A stretch of DNA of 64,000 nucleotides from positions 19,282,001 to 19,346,000 of the forward strand of contig OZ116710.1 in assembly GCA_964199315.1 (NCBI GenBank), read 5' to 3'. A program made the translations under genes and the position numbers. The notes under the pieces are model-generated. The model had not been told where the DNA came from. It saw only the letters and a program-made list of their open reading frames with translations, and did no database searches. Positions within the stretch are counted from its first letter, which is position 1; every line of letters starts with the position of its first letter. Shown here piece by piece: positions 13,281 through 24,935 of this stretch. The stretch comes from Orbicella franksi. Its lineage: Eukaryota.

Positions 13281-14277
13281 AATTTCGCAAATTTAAACCC
13301 ACTCCGCAGAGTTTTTTTAAACTTTGCAAAAAGTTGCATCTTATCATGCTTATTACAATTCGATAATAAAAATGGGGGTCACCGAGCTCGTTTATGAGTT
13401 ATAAGCGTTAAAAGCTAAAATTCAGGGTGTTTTTAGCAGGTCATATTGTTCCTACAGGAACCTGTTATATTAAAAGGATAACCGCAACTTGTTTACTAGT
13501 GGTTAGGAATTTGTATGATACCATTATTGTAGCAGCACTTGTTAAACATTGGTAGTATTCATCGTTCAAAGTATAGCTGTTAGAAAAGTGCTGGAAACTG
13601 TTGCTAGCCTCCTTAATCTCCACTGTTTGGGCGTACGTCAATTTATGTTTATATGTCTTGTTATGTCACAGTCCTGTACAGTTTATTGGCAGTTTGAATC
13701 CTCTTCTGGATTCGTATTAAACCAAGTTGTTATTCTATCCCCAGTTGTAAACACCCAAAGAAAAACACCTTTTTCTTATTTTATAACTTTGTTGTACGGT
13801 TTTCTCTTGTCTGTGACAAATGGGGGAAACTAATTTCTGTCTTCTTCTGATAACTGTTCACATGGGAAAATCTATTCAAAACTGAGTTTTCGAACTCTGC
13901 GATCGTAGCAATTCCACCTTTTCATAGGTATATTTAAGACTGTTTTCTGGAAAAGATAACAATTTAGAGCAGGATCAGAAAAGTTAAGTGAATCCGTGCA
14001 TTTGTACTGATTCCAGTAGTAGTTGATCTTGCCAAGCTCTTTGGTAAAACCCAGTGGATCAAAATGCTCAGAACTTTTCACTGCAAGCATAAAAACGCCT
14101 TCTAAGAGGACATGTAGTTACTGGAGAGTTAATAACCACAATGGTGCAAAAATGTAGAAGTGTAGGACATGGGTTACAAGTCAATTACAAATGAGCATAT
14201 ATGAAATTGGTTTAAATTTTGGCTTGATGTTGAGGATAAAAATGGGTCAAATCAGAAAAGACAAAGACATTATTTCA

Positions 14278-16102
14278 TACGGAAGCTGAGGAGGGACTTC
14301 CGACTTCCGACTTCTGAGTTCCGACTTCTGAGTTCCGACTTCCGACATCTGAGTTCCGACTTCTGAGTTCCGACTTCTGAGTTCCGACTTCCGACTTCCG
14401 ACTTCCAACTTCCGACTTCCGACTTGTGACTTCAAAATTTAAATGATCGAACTCCGACGAGTGACTTATTTCCCTGGAAATTGGGCCAGATTTTAATATT
14501 TGTATTGTTATGTTTCGTTAAGTTGAAGTTAAGCTGCATTGTACTTGTTATGTAAATGTATTTTCACTGACAAACTAGAAACAGATGCTTTTGTTTTGCA
14601 AAATCATGTTGGAAACGCAACGGTATCGAGTCCAAGACGTCGCCAAACAAAGATCGCAATAAACTGAAACTAACAAATTTTGTTGCCATTACATATAGAC
14701 ACTTATATTATTGATACACAGTTTGTTCGGATGTAGCCTGCCAACCTTATTTTGTGTATTAGCGAGTGCAATCATTAGCGTTTGGAATCGCTTTTCTCCG
14801 GTCGTTTTGTGTCACTTTACTAGCCCTTCATACTGCGTTATTTAATAAAACATTACTTTATCTTGTTGCTTTTCTGAGAATTTTCTGCGTTCACTATAAA
14901 ACTCAGATGAAGAGACTTCAGTTCTAACGTTTTAACCCCTAGTGGGAACTGACTTAAATTATCTTATGTCCTTTTTTGTCTTGACGAAGACATTTGTTGA
15001 GCCTGATTCCAAACAACTAGAGCAGTGTATTTTTCCTCAAATGTTTATTAGGGACGGATCATTATTTTTTAGTGGGGAGGGAGAGCTGGGCAATTTCCAA
15101 AAAAAAAAATCCTGCACAGCAAACACTGAAACAAAAATCGAGCAAGTGCTTCTACTATCAATATTTTGAATTTTTTTATGTCCAAAAAATTCTTGCACAA
15201 GGTATTGCCCACCAGAAAAAAATATGCACAACTGAAATGTGAGAAAAAAATTCATGCCCCAGAAAATCCCCAACCCCCCACCTCCCCCTTAGAAGAAAAT
15301 AATGGTCCGTCGGCTTATGATGTAGATAATAACAACACATCTCGTTGTGCGATCTGTTTCTCATTGGGTGGCATTGAAAAACAATTGAATTTTGACAGAT
15401 ATGATTTCAAAGTGAATAGTCTTGTGAATAGTCTATTCTCGTGAATAGTGATTGCTTAGTGAATAGTCTCACTGCGTGACCGAGCTCTTTTAAACAACAG
15501 AGCTATGAATTCTTAACTGCGTTTTGCGTTACATTACCTCAGAAATAGTGTTCGGGGTGGAGATGGGGATGCTCATCATCTCGCTCAAGGGCATAAATTT
15601 CGGATATTTGGTGTTCACTTCTGCTGGAATTGTTTGGTTTAAGACAATAATTTGACCCCAAATACGAACTAAGTTAACACTAACTTACCGAGACATGCAA
15701 ATATTGAAATCTGACCCGAAACCTGACCTCTGATTTGGCTAAGAATACAACACAAACAGCGGTGATAAACATTGTGGTAAACAATGTATTCAAAGCTCCA
15801 GGTAAATAAGTTGTACGTCGAAAATCGGTCCTTTAAATTTTGAAGTCGGAAGTCGGAAGTCGGAAGTCGAAAGTCGGAAGTCGAAGCTCGGAAGTCAGAA
15901 CTCGGAGGTCGGAAGTCGAGAGTCGGAAGTCAGAAGTCGGAACTCAGAGGTCGGAAGTCGGAGGTCGGAAGTCGGAAGTCAGAAGTCGGAAGTCGGAACT
16001 CAGAAGTCGGAAGTCGGAACTCAGAAGTCGGAAGTCGGAAGTCGGAACTTAGAAGTCAGAAGTCGGAACTCAGAAGTGGGAAATCCCTCCTCGGCTTTCG
16101 TA
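14278..16102. mobile_element. Foldback-like element with long inverted arms built of GTCGGAA-type heptamer arrays
   Basis: The left arm (about 14278-14485) and right arm (about 15795-16102) are reverse complements. The match includes the outer tacg(g/a)aagc(t/c)gaggaggga segment, the (CTTCCGA/CTTCTGAGTTCCGA)n arrays and the inner gacttcaaaatttaaa...acttattt.cctgga segment. Confidence 0.7.
15049..15316. mobile_element. MITE nested inside the foldback-like element
   Basis: Inverted ends of about 18 bp: ggacggatcattattttt ... aaaataatggtccgtc. Confidence 0.6.
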
Positions 16103-16329
16103 GATTCATACTTTTTCATTAATTCATTGTAAAACATGAACAATCATGAGCTTATACAATTAAGATCAAATTTTGAAATTACTTGAAAAGCAATGATGAA
16201 CATGCTATTGCACTCTTCCAAAAAGCTATCGGTCACCAGTCGGTCATCATTAACATTTATTGATTTGGAACTAGTTTTCTAATTCACAGAGGTACAGCAC
16301 TATCCCACGTATCCCACAAGAGACGTTCT

Positions 16330-16475
16330 CTAGGACCGATGGCTGCTCGATGTAACCTCCCCCGCAACACCTTGATTTAAAAATCGCATTTCCAATCAAA
16401 AGCTTTTGGAAACCGCTCAAAATTCTACAAGATTCTTCGAGAACAATATTTTGGCAAATTTGGTGAAAGCTGTCC
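16330..16475 (-). other. Candidate internal exon (DSFHQICQNIVLEESCRILSGFQKLLIGNAIFKS...)
   Basis: Long polypyrimidine tract and AG acceptor ending at 16476; only one frame stays open. It is phase-compatible with the candidate exon at 18647-18849. The 3' end is uncertain. Confidence 0.35.
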
Positions 16476-18646
16476 CTAGTTATAAAGCAAAAAAAGATAG
16501 AAAACAGAGAAAACATTGCCTACTCAACAAGATATTCAAACGATGTCTAGTCACGTCGAAGCGCGTGGGAAAATGAGTCTGCAATGTCCTTCGTTTTGAA
16601 CGTGGTAGTCAGCGGTTTTATCAGTAAATACTAAATCGGGTAGGTCGTGGACTTTCTTAGGGCCATGTTTTTAGTAAACTTGAATTTTTTTTACTCGAAA
16701 TGTGATATTCAATGTAACGTTACCAATTATAAACTTTAAAAAGCAGTTGTTTTCATCGTCATCATCATTATCATCATCTCTTCTCATCTCGTCAGTAGGC
16801 GCATAAGGCCGTCATTAAACCGAAATGTGGACCTGGACCTACCACCTGTGTACAGCGCAGTAGAATCATCACATGGTCGACCATCACGAGACTGTTTTAA
16901 AATTCACACAGCATGCAAGACATTGTGATATTTTTGGTACTATTTGATTCCTAAGAACGTTTTGCTCTGAGTCAGCATTTTTCACTATTTTAGGTGTATA
17001 TAACTTTGATGGAAGAATATTCTTGTGAAAGGATTTCACCACCAAGGTGCGGACCATTCCAATATGTGTAAATTATTTTTTCATCGATTTGATATTGGGA
17101 TTAATATACGTGATAGACAGTTTAAGCTACAGAATGCAATTCATATGAAAACTGGAAAACGATACCGTGTTATTTTCAGTTGAGCTGCCTTATTCTTAGC
17201 GGGGAAAGTCGGAAAATGTAAAGAACAAACGAGTGTCTATGGCATTGTTTCAGGCCTTTTTTGCAATGTCTTACATGTAAACAGCATACACAACCACTAA
17301 AATCATTTTTTTCAGTTCAGTTCGTTAATTAACATGAAACACAGCCTTTGGATTCAGTAGATTCCTAATTGCTTGATCAGTTTGAAAATCAGAACTGATG
17401 CTTGAAATATCTCAACGAGTTAAGCTCATACGCCAAAATTGAACTACGTAGATTCAGTGTTCATTTATATAATCGACGCTCTCCCAGCACATAGATTAGC
17501 AGCTCTAAGGTTATTTTAGGCCAAAATATCTGGTGAGGATCAAAAAGTGTTTTTGATGTTCCTATAAATGATCATTCCCTCCAATGATATGCTTTATTGG
17601 CCCTAACCTTTTACTCCTTGGCCTTTTACTCCTCTGAGGTATTGTGTTTATTTCATATCGACTTTTCCTATACGTATGACTTTGTCTTTGTTTTATCCTC
17701 TAGCTTAGAGTCTGTCAGTGAAATCTCTTTTGTAAAAAGGAGGTAAGAAGTCTTCTGATTTTATTTCATTCAGACTTCTAGCAAAAATATACAGCTCACC
17801 CCGCTCGTTTCAATTAGGTTACTTTGTTTTTCCGCCATGTTTTTTTTTCAGTTTGGTGTGTTTGGTGTTTCACCATACAGCTGAATGTTATCTATGTTTT
17901 TATGTCGTTAAATTGTCTAATACACATGCTATTGTTTGGAGCAATTTTACCGAAATGTATGTTATTGTCTATTTTTGATAATCTTCCACACGCCGCTAGC
18001 TAGCGAGTTACTAATCACCGAACAGCCAAACCGTGTTCTTGTCGCTAGAGAATGTTGATTAACCTGTGTACTCTTTTAGCTTGGTCAAGATAATTTTGAT
18101 TCGTCGTTTCTAAAAAGGGGAAAAAAAGCAATAAGATTAAACGAGAAATGTGGCTCTCCCGTCACTAAAGACCTGCCTCAATCAGTTTAAGCAGCTGTTA
18201 TTTAGCGCAAATCCTATTGGTTTCTGGTAAAAGCTTTCCTGCAAAGTGTTAATTACTATCTTCAAGACTTTAAGTATGCGAAAAATCAATTAACTGCTAT
18301 TTTACGCTTCAACTGAGATAGCTCTTTTGATGGCATGGACTTGCTATATATGGAGTCGCAATCAACCAAGAGCCTCAAGGACTGTCGCACTCTTATTCGA
18401 TGCGTCTGTTGATCTCAATGGACGAAAAAGGCTGTTTTGCATTCTATGTTATTTTTGGACAATAACACCAGAAATAAACTAAATTAAGTAACTTCAGATA
18501 TCAAGTTTAAAACAAGGTCTGACAACTGCCTGCAGGACATCAGTTTTTGATAATAATCAACAAATACAACTTTGCTTTATAATTACTTGTACGTAATCAT
18601 CATCGTTGTGTTGTATATATTTGAGTCGGAGAAAAATTTTACTTAC

Positions 18647-18849
18647 TTTACGACGAACAATGATTTTTCATTAAGAACAGCCCTTAATTTTTCGATGCGC
18701 TCATGACAAACATGAAAACAAGTGCTTCTAAAAGCACTTTCGAACTGGGAAGAAACGCTATGTTGTTCTTTTTTAACTGACTGGGAATTTTTGTTAGGCA
18801 GTCCGGAAAATGAAAGGTTACTGTGATTTTCTTGTTGCCGGTAGTAGTT
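18647..18849 (-). other. Candidate internal exon (NYYRQQENH...HERIEKLRAVLNEKSLFVV)
   Basis: ttacag acceptor, 203-nt open frame, and a GTAAGT donor at 18646-18641 (phase 2). Confidence 0.35.
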
Positions 18850-19659
18850 CTGTAAACACACAAGACGATCCCATTCACGACGGACTCCGCAAAATAACAG
18901 GCACATTTTGAGCTTTCATTATACAGTCATTGAGAACAGACTCATCTCAATAAAAACTCTGTTAAGAAAATAACTCCTCCTTATTGGTCATTTGTGGGTG
19001 CATGTGCTGGTCAAAGGGAAGATTTAAAGTTTTACTATCGATTTATTAAACATTGTTAAAAACAAGTCCTATAGCTTTAAAACTTTACTAAGCTCTATTT
19101 TCTCTTTTGTGAGTTACATTTCTTCTTTTTTTAGGAGCTCGGAATTGAGTCGAGATTTTTTTAGCTAAAAATCTCCATTAAACGTTACAGAGAAAGTAGC
19201 CAACCATACATGACACACGATTTTTTGGGGTCGAAAGAAATCCTTGTCGATGTTATTGAGTTTTAATCTTTTCTTATTTTTATATTTGATTTGATTCTGA
19301 GACCGTGCCAAGTTGTCTGGATCAAAATAAAGCGACACAGCGAAACAGTTTATTTATTTTCACGGTAAAGCTGCCTTTCAGAACGGGCGTAATGTATAAT
19401 GTATCCTCCTGCGTGGGTTCAAACTCGTGTGGACCTAACGCGTGAGGTGAAAATCACGTTTTAGGGCGACTGTGCTTGGTTACACAGTTCAGTCATGTTA
19501 TTGTAAAATAGACCAATAAACAGATGATGGCAGAATCGCTAGGTTGAGAAAAAAATGTAAAAACGTGAGTTATTGTGATTAAGAATCGCTGCCTACCTCA
19601 GTAGTTTGCATGTTTTCTTCAAATGGTTCATTCCCGATGCAGCATTTGGTTCACTAATC

Positions 19660-20100
19660 ATGCAAACTCCATCCAACAAATTACTTCACCTCGATCCTGA
19701 AACAGCTTGCGAGAAGACGTTATGTGTTTTCGAAGGAAGAGGATTGCTGCCTTTAAACCAAGATCTACAACCTGCCAATGATGGATTTTCTCGAAAGTTA
19801 CAAATTAACGAAACCACAATTTCAAGGAAATCCTCTCTGCTAAAAGAATTGCGGCCTTCGGCTGGAAAATTAAAATCAAGCAGTTCAGAAACACGAAAGG
19901 TTTCTTTTCGTGATGAACCTTTATATGAAACTGTAATTCCATCGTGTGATCACTCAAGAGCCCAGCTTCTCTTCCCGGACTTTTTTCCACGCGGGAAGGT
20001 GTTTTGCCATCACCAGGACTGTCTGATACCGCTTAACGTCCGAGCTGATCCAGTTCTTGTTTCTTGGTTACATCTCTTTGGACTGCAAATGACAAAATAA
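19660..20100 (+). CDS. Family member A4, 146 aa (RKVSF ... LLFPDFF ... DPVLVSWLHLFG)
   Basis: The track start is TTG; the first ATG is at 19660. Central and C-terminal motifs are intact. LxxIxE is absent and an RVxF-type motif is present. Confidence 0.85.
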   Translation: MQTPSNKLLHLDPETACEKTLCVFEGRGLLPLNQDLQPANDGFSRKLQINETTISRKSSLLKELRPSAGKLKSSSSETRKVSFRDEPLYETVIPSCDHSRAQLLFPDFFPRGKVFCHHQDCLIPLNVRADPVLVSWLHLFGLQMTK

Positions 20101-21075
20101 CGCTGAATCGTTTCGACCGCTGAATAGTGAAAGTTATGTTGTGGACATGCAAGAACGCACCCAATGGCAATTTCAAGGAGCTATTTCCCAAGGAGAGCGC
20201 GGTTGAAGAACTCGATTTTTAATCCTGAAACCCAAAGTGAGAAATTTAAAGAGTGATCAGCACTAGTCATGTATTTACGGACCGACAGCCTAGACAATTA
20301 GACAGGTGTTGTCAGATCAACTCTCTTATTAATGGAATATTCAAAAACTTACCTATCAGGCGCAACAAATTGCTGTATGAAATTTTGGTCAATGAAAACT
20401 CTCTTGGTCTTCTTCAGACATAGAATTTTAATTAAGTGCAGTTTTCTTTTTTTGATTGGAAAACGTATAATGAGCAACAAAGTAACCCTGTTGCTCTAGT
20501 CTGAAGCAAAGTAAGGCTGCATGTGAGGATGCGCCGTCACCTTCAAAAGAGAACGGAGAAGTGACGAAGCGAAATTTTAAACTTTCTTCTCGCGCTTAGG
20601 ATCTCTGGGTTCAAATAATAGCCCCCGGCTTTCTCTTAATTAGACAGTTATCTAATAGCTAGTGTTCACAAAGCTAAGATCGTAGTATCTGATCAGCAGT
20701 TGACCTTAATCCTTAATGTATAATAGAACCGCACATAAGGTTTAGGCTAGTGAGATATGCAAAGGCAGCGAAAACTAAAAAAAGAAAAAAGAGTGAAAAT
20801 AATAAAATAAAAATAAACAAGAAATTTACCGTTTCGCACCTTCTTTAGAATTGAAATAACCACCTTCCTCAGTTAAGCGCAATTGTGAAGGCTCTAAGAG
20901 ATAAATTATTTTCAGGGCTTGATTACTGTTACCGAGTCTCTTTCCGTCTTTATTGTATAAGTACTTTGATTTCTGCCTCCTCCTAAAATGAATGGAAATT
21001 TGAAAATATAACTGCGCGTCTTTCAGTAAAGGGAAATGGGAAATACGTAATTTGTATTCAAAGCTCATTATCCTT

Positions 21076-21172
21076 TAGCCTACGAGGGCGTCCGGCATTT
21101 TCGGCTCTTGTTTCACGGAATTTTCGGCGGAGACCGGACGACAGTCGGAAATACGTCTGCGTTCGCAGGCTA
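21076..21172. mobile_element. Small MITE with probable 8-bp target-site duplication
   Basis: Degenerate inverted ends tagcct(a/g)cga ... ttcgcaggcta. TTATCCTT lies at 21068-21075 and again at 21174-21181. Confidence 0.6.
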
Positions 21173-22718
21173 CTTATCCTTGGGTACCGAAAATGTGCAG
21201 GTGACGAGCGGCGAAGCCTATGTTTGGAAAGAATAATTTTATCTATTGTAGTCATTTGCGAGTTTTAAATTGGCCAGTGTGTTTTAAAGCCTCTGTATTC
21301 CTGTTCAAGGGTTTGTTTACTTCATGTTTCCGTTTAATTTGCTCCTTGTATCAGAGATGAAGATTTTTTTTTATTGGAAGAATTTGTTTGTTAACATACG
21401 CCTATGAGAAAGCTACTTTGTCGAGACTGATATTTTGCGATTTTTCCAAATGTCTCAAATTTCCTTGAATGATGTGCTGCTGAATAAGGTGTAGCGATGC
21501 TGCTTTAGCATGAATTTGCAATCCTAATGAATGTCACCGACGAACGGTATTTATTCAGCTGTGTAGCAAGTGAAGAAAATAGTTCTTTGTTACCGTTTTC
21601 CTTTAACTAAATATAGATGAGTTCCATGGAGCAGTGCAGCTGATTTGATATATGTGCAATGCCAATGGAAAACAAACCACAAGACACAAGCGTCGCGTTT
21701 TGTTGTCTTGACGATCCTTTTCAGTTATTGTCAATAGTCAGTCATCACGCCACTTCCAGGGGTTCCTGCGGTAAAAATTTACTCGCGTACCGTTCAAAGG
21801 CAAACAATTATCAAAGGGGTTTCCTTATACGTACATTTCATGCCTGCAAACTTTAGGTCCAACTTTAATTTAAGACCGACTTCAACCTCGCCTAAGGGAT
21901 ACAGATACTTTTAGAATAGATATTGCCCCCCAGTTCCTTGTAAATTGTCATGACCTAGTTATATTTTAAGAATTGAACGAACTTTTATTTACAAACAGTT
22001 GTATCGTTATATTAAGAACGGTTAAAACGCACAAAGTTTTATTTGATCAATTGTGCTAAAATAATAACACTCTAACTGGCACCTTTCAGTTGCGCGACAA
22101 AATAGGTCAATAATCGAAGAAGTTTGTTGTGGTGTTTTTTTTATGCTAATCGACGTGACTGTTATGGAGATTTTTAAGGACAATAGCAACAAAAAAAATG
22201 TTTTCTTTTATTACCGGACTGATATTACAGACTGTATACATTGTGAATTACAAACAATTCATTCGAGCTTCTTCCTTATGTAGATATGCAAAGTTGTAAA
22301 TAGACAACCTTATTTTTAAATATTGCCTCATTAGCAATGCAGGTAGCAACGACCAAGCTCAGCTCTTGAACGTATTGTATTAGTCAGTTTAAACTTTCAA
22401 TATTATTGTTTTACTCGCTCTATCTGTTGTTAATCGTCTTTTGAACGAAAACGCAAAATAAACCAAATACACAGAATACCCGGTCGAAAAAGAAGGTAAA
22501 ATTATTATGCATGCTAGTATAACTGAAACACTTTATGTTCCTACAAAAATGTTCTGGTCTCTTCTGACACGCTCTACCACCGGCGGGTATCCAACTTTTG
22601 GCTCCATTTTATCTAGTTTCCGAGATGCACCGCAATCGTTTCTGTATCTAGAACTCTCACTTATCTAGCCTTTTTGTTCTTATAGATACATGGATGATAA
22701 ATACATTTCCATCCTGGC

Positions 22719-23261
22719 TTATCCATAAACCTGCGACCCAAACAAATCGAGCCACGACTGGACAAGCGGATCTTCGTAGTCTTTCTCACTGTACTTTTTA
22801 GACTCCTTGTGGCTAGTCTCTCTCTTATTACTACTGTTCTGCATTTCACCGTCCGTAAAAAACTCGGGGAAAAAGAGCTCAACCTCAGTAATGTCACGGC
22901 CTGTTTTGAGCGGAGATCTCATCAATGATTCACTTGAGCTACTAACAACTCCCGCAGGTGTTTCTGATACGCTTGCCATTTCCCGCCAATATGACGATGT
23001 GGCCGACAGTGTTTGTGGCGTTGCGTGGGAGCAAGATATTCTTCTTTTGAGGGGGCTGTATACAGCGGTTGAGTCACTTGAAGGTCTTCGGCCTGACTGC
23101 CCCGTGAAGGTTGTTGCATTATAGAAATCGTTAGAAATTTCTTCTTTCACGAGAGTTGAGTCTACCTCTAGATTACCATTTTCGTCTTGGTTTTCAGCTA
23201 TTTCTATAATTGTTTTGAGCCGTCTCGAGCGACCGTCGACTTTCTTCAGCATTTGTTTCAT
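22719..23261 (-). CDS. Family member A5, 180 aa (RRLKTIIE ... LFFPEFF ... DPLVQSWLDLFG)
   Basis: The track start is GTG; the first ATG is at 23261. All three motifs are present. Confidence 0.88.
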   Translation of the reverse strand: MKQMLKKVDGRSRRLKTIIEIAENQDENGNLEVDSTLVKEEISNDFYNATTFTGQSGRRPSSDSTAVYSPLKRRISCSHATPQTLSATSSYWREMASVSETPAGVVSSSSESLMRSPLKTGRDITEVELFFPEFFTDGEMQNSSNKRETSHKESKKYSEKDYEDPLVQSWLDLFGSQVYG

Positions 23262-24734
23262 CTTAGTTTCCCCCACGTGTTTTTGAAATACGCTGCACGG
23301 AAGAGCTTCTCTTGTAGGGTTATTCCACTACTTGCGGAGAAGGAAATTACTTTAACTATATCTCTTCTAGAAAGTGTAAATGTGCATAATAAATTGAAAT
23401 GTATTACTGATTGCTTAGCAACCTCCAAATATGACTACCATCTGGAGATTACTTAGCTTCCCAAAATAGCACTTGCCAATATTCCGCCTTTTAAGGTATA
23501 GATTGAAAACAGCGCATTGCATTTTGATGCTAATGCAGGTCTTTCAGGGACAAAAGTGTTACCACGGCTTCTAAAAAACACTGTTATTTTTTCTGAAGGG
23601 GAAATTGCAAGGTTTATTCAGGCTATATAATTTATAATGTCACTTTAATAAGATTTAGAAAAACACATAAAAGAAAATTTTATGAAATTACTGATGATAT
23701 GGTAATTTCTCATGGATTATGAACTCAGTTTTATTTTACGATCAGTCCGAAAACTACTATTTCAAAACGTTGCGTCAGTTAACATTTATAGTACCAAATT
23801 CGCTTTCCCCTCGCAAAATAATGATAAAAAGGCGACAACTCTGCCGGATTGATCGGAAATTGTTAAAAGCTTAAAATGAAATGCGGTTCAATTTTTTCCG
23901 CGATTGGCTATTAATGCGAAATTAATGTGAATCCTAAAAGGCGAGTTTGTGCGATGCCACTTCAGTTGCTTATGCGTCATACATTTTTTTAAAAAGACAA
24001 AAAAGCTTGGAAATGAAGCAAAGGTACGATTTCCTCATCACATTGACAAAAGAGTCATCTAGAATCACTGTTTCTGGCTTGCTCCCTAACATATTGATTG
24101 GAAAGTTAAATGTTTGATGTTTGCTCGATGATTCCTTCTAATGTTAGATTCAAATTATACAGTTAAACCAAAATAGTTTATCCGCTCAGTTTTGGGCATT
24201 AAGGGGTCGTAGGATTATCATCGAAAATATGAAGATAACTTTCAAACCTTACTTATTATTATACAATATAATATTACACCACCTTTTTTGAAATTCACGC
24301 TCAGTCGTGTACGTGGAAATTCGACAAGTTTTGAATATTATTTCAGTGCATTGCCTACCAATAAGACGTATCTGGCCAAAAAACATCATAGTCTGACAAG
24401 AACGACAAGTTAAGTCTGATGTCGTAAACTTGTCATTCTTCAAAACTGAAAAGGAAAATGTTTAAAAAGAATTGTATTTTAAAAGATGGTTGTCCTCTCG
24501 AATTTACATATGCTAAAAACTAGAAAAAAATTTTCCTTTTGTCTTTCTAAAAAGCTATATTTAGTTCTTTTATGAATTATTTTTATGAATTATTGAAATA
24601 ATCCATAAAAAGGTTTTAGCTTTGAATCTCGCAAAAAGAAAGTAAACCTTTAAAAGCTTTCGTCCACTTCTACTGACTTGTTTACTTAGCCGTTTGGCGG
24701 CACATCCGGGACTTGGTCAATCTCGGGCGCAGTT

Positions 24735-24935
24735 CTCTCACGAAGTAAATTATTCCAAATCGGAGACAGTTTGTATCGTCCACTGTCTGCATTAAAATTG
24801 GGTTTCAGGTTCTGATGTAAATAGCCTCTTTTACATCTCTCTCAAACCATTTGTGAACCACAGACAAGATCTTGGTCTTTTTTATGAATCATGGAATTAC
24901 CGGGAAAGTCGTGCCCACATCAGAAAATATTTAGT
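24735..24935 (-). mobile_element. Penelope-like retroelement relic, 3' end of the GIY-YIG endonuclease region
   Basis: The minus strand reads KTKILSVVHKWFERDVKEAIYIR* and then, frameshifted, NADSGRYKLSPIWNNLLRER. This matches the KIL...WFER..KEAIYI...LN.D.GRY.L..W pattern typical of Penelope-type GIY-YIG C-termini. Confidence 0.7.

Noticed and set aside
14247-16052. ORFs with SEVGSRK-type repeats (14247-14435, 15840-16052)
   Set aside because: Translations of the heptamer minisatellite arms.
14297-16078. Short regular repeats as a possible CRISPR array
   Set aside because: Head-to-tail heptamers with no unique spacers, no cas genes, and a eukaryotic context.
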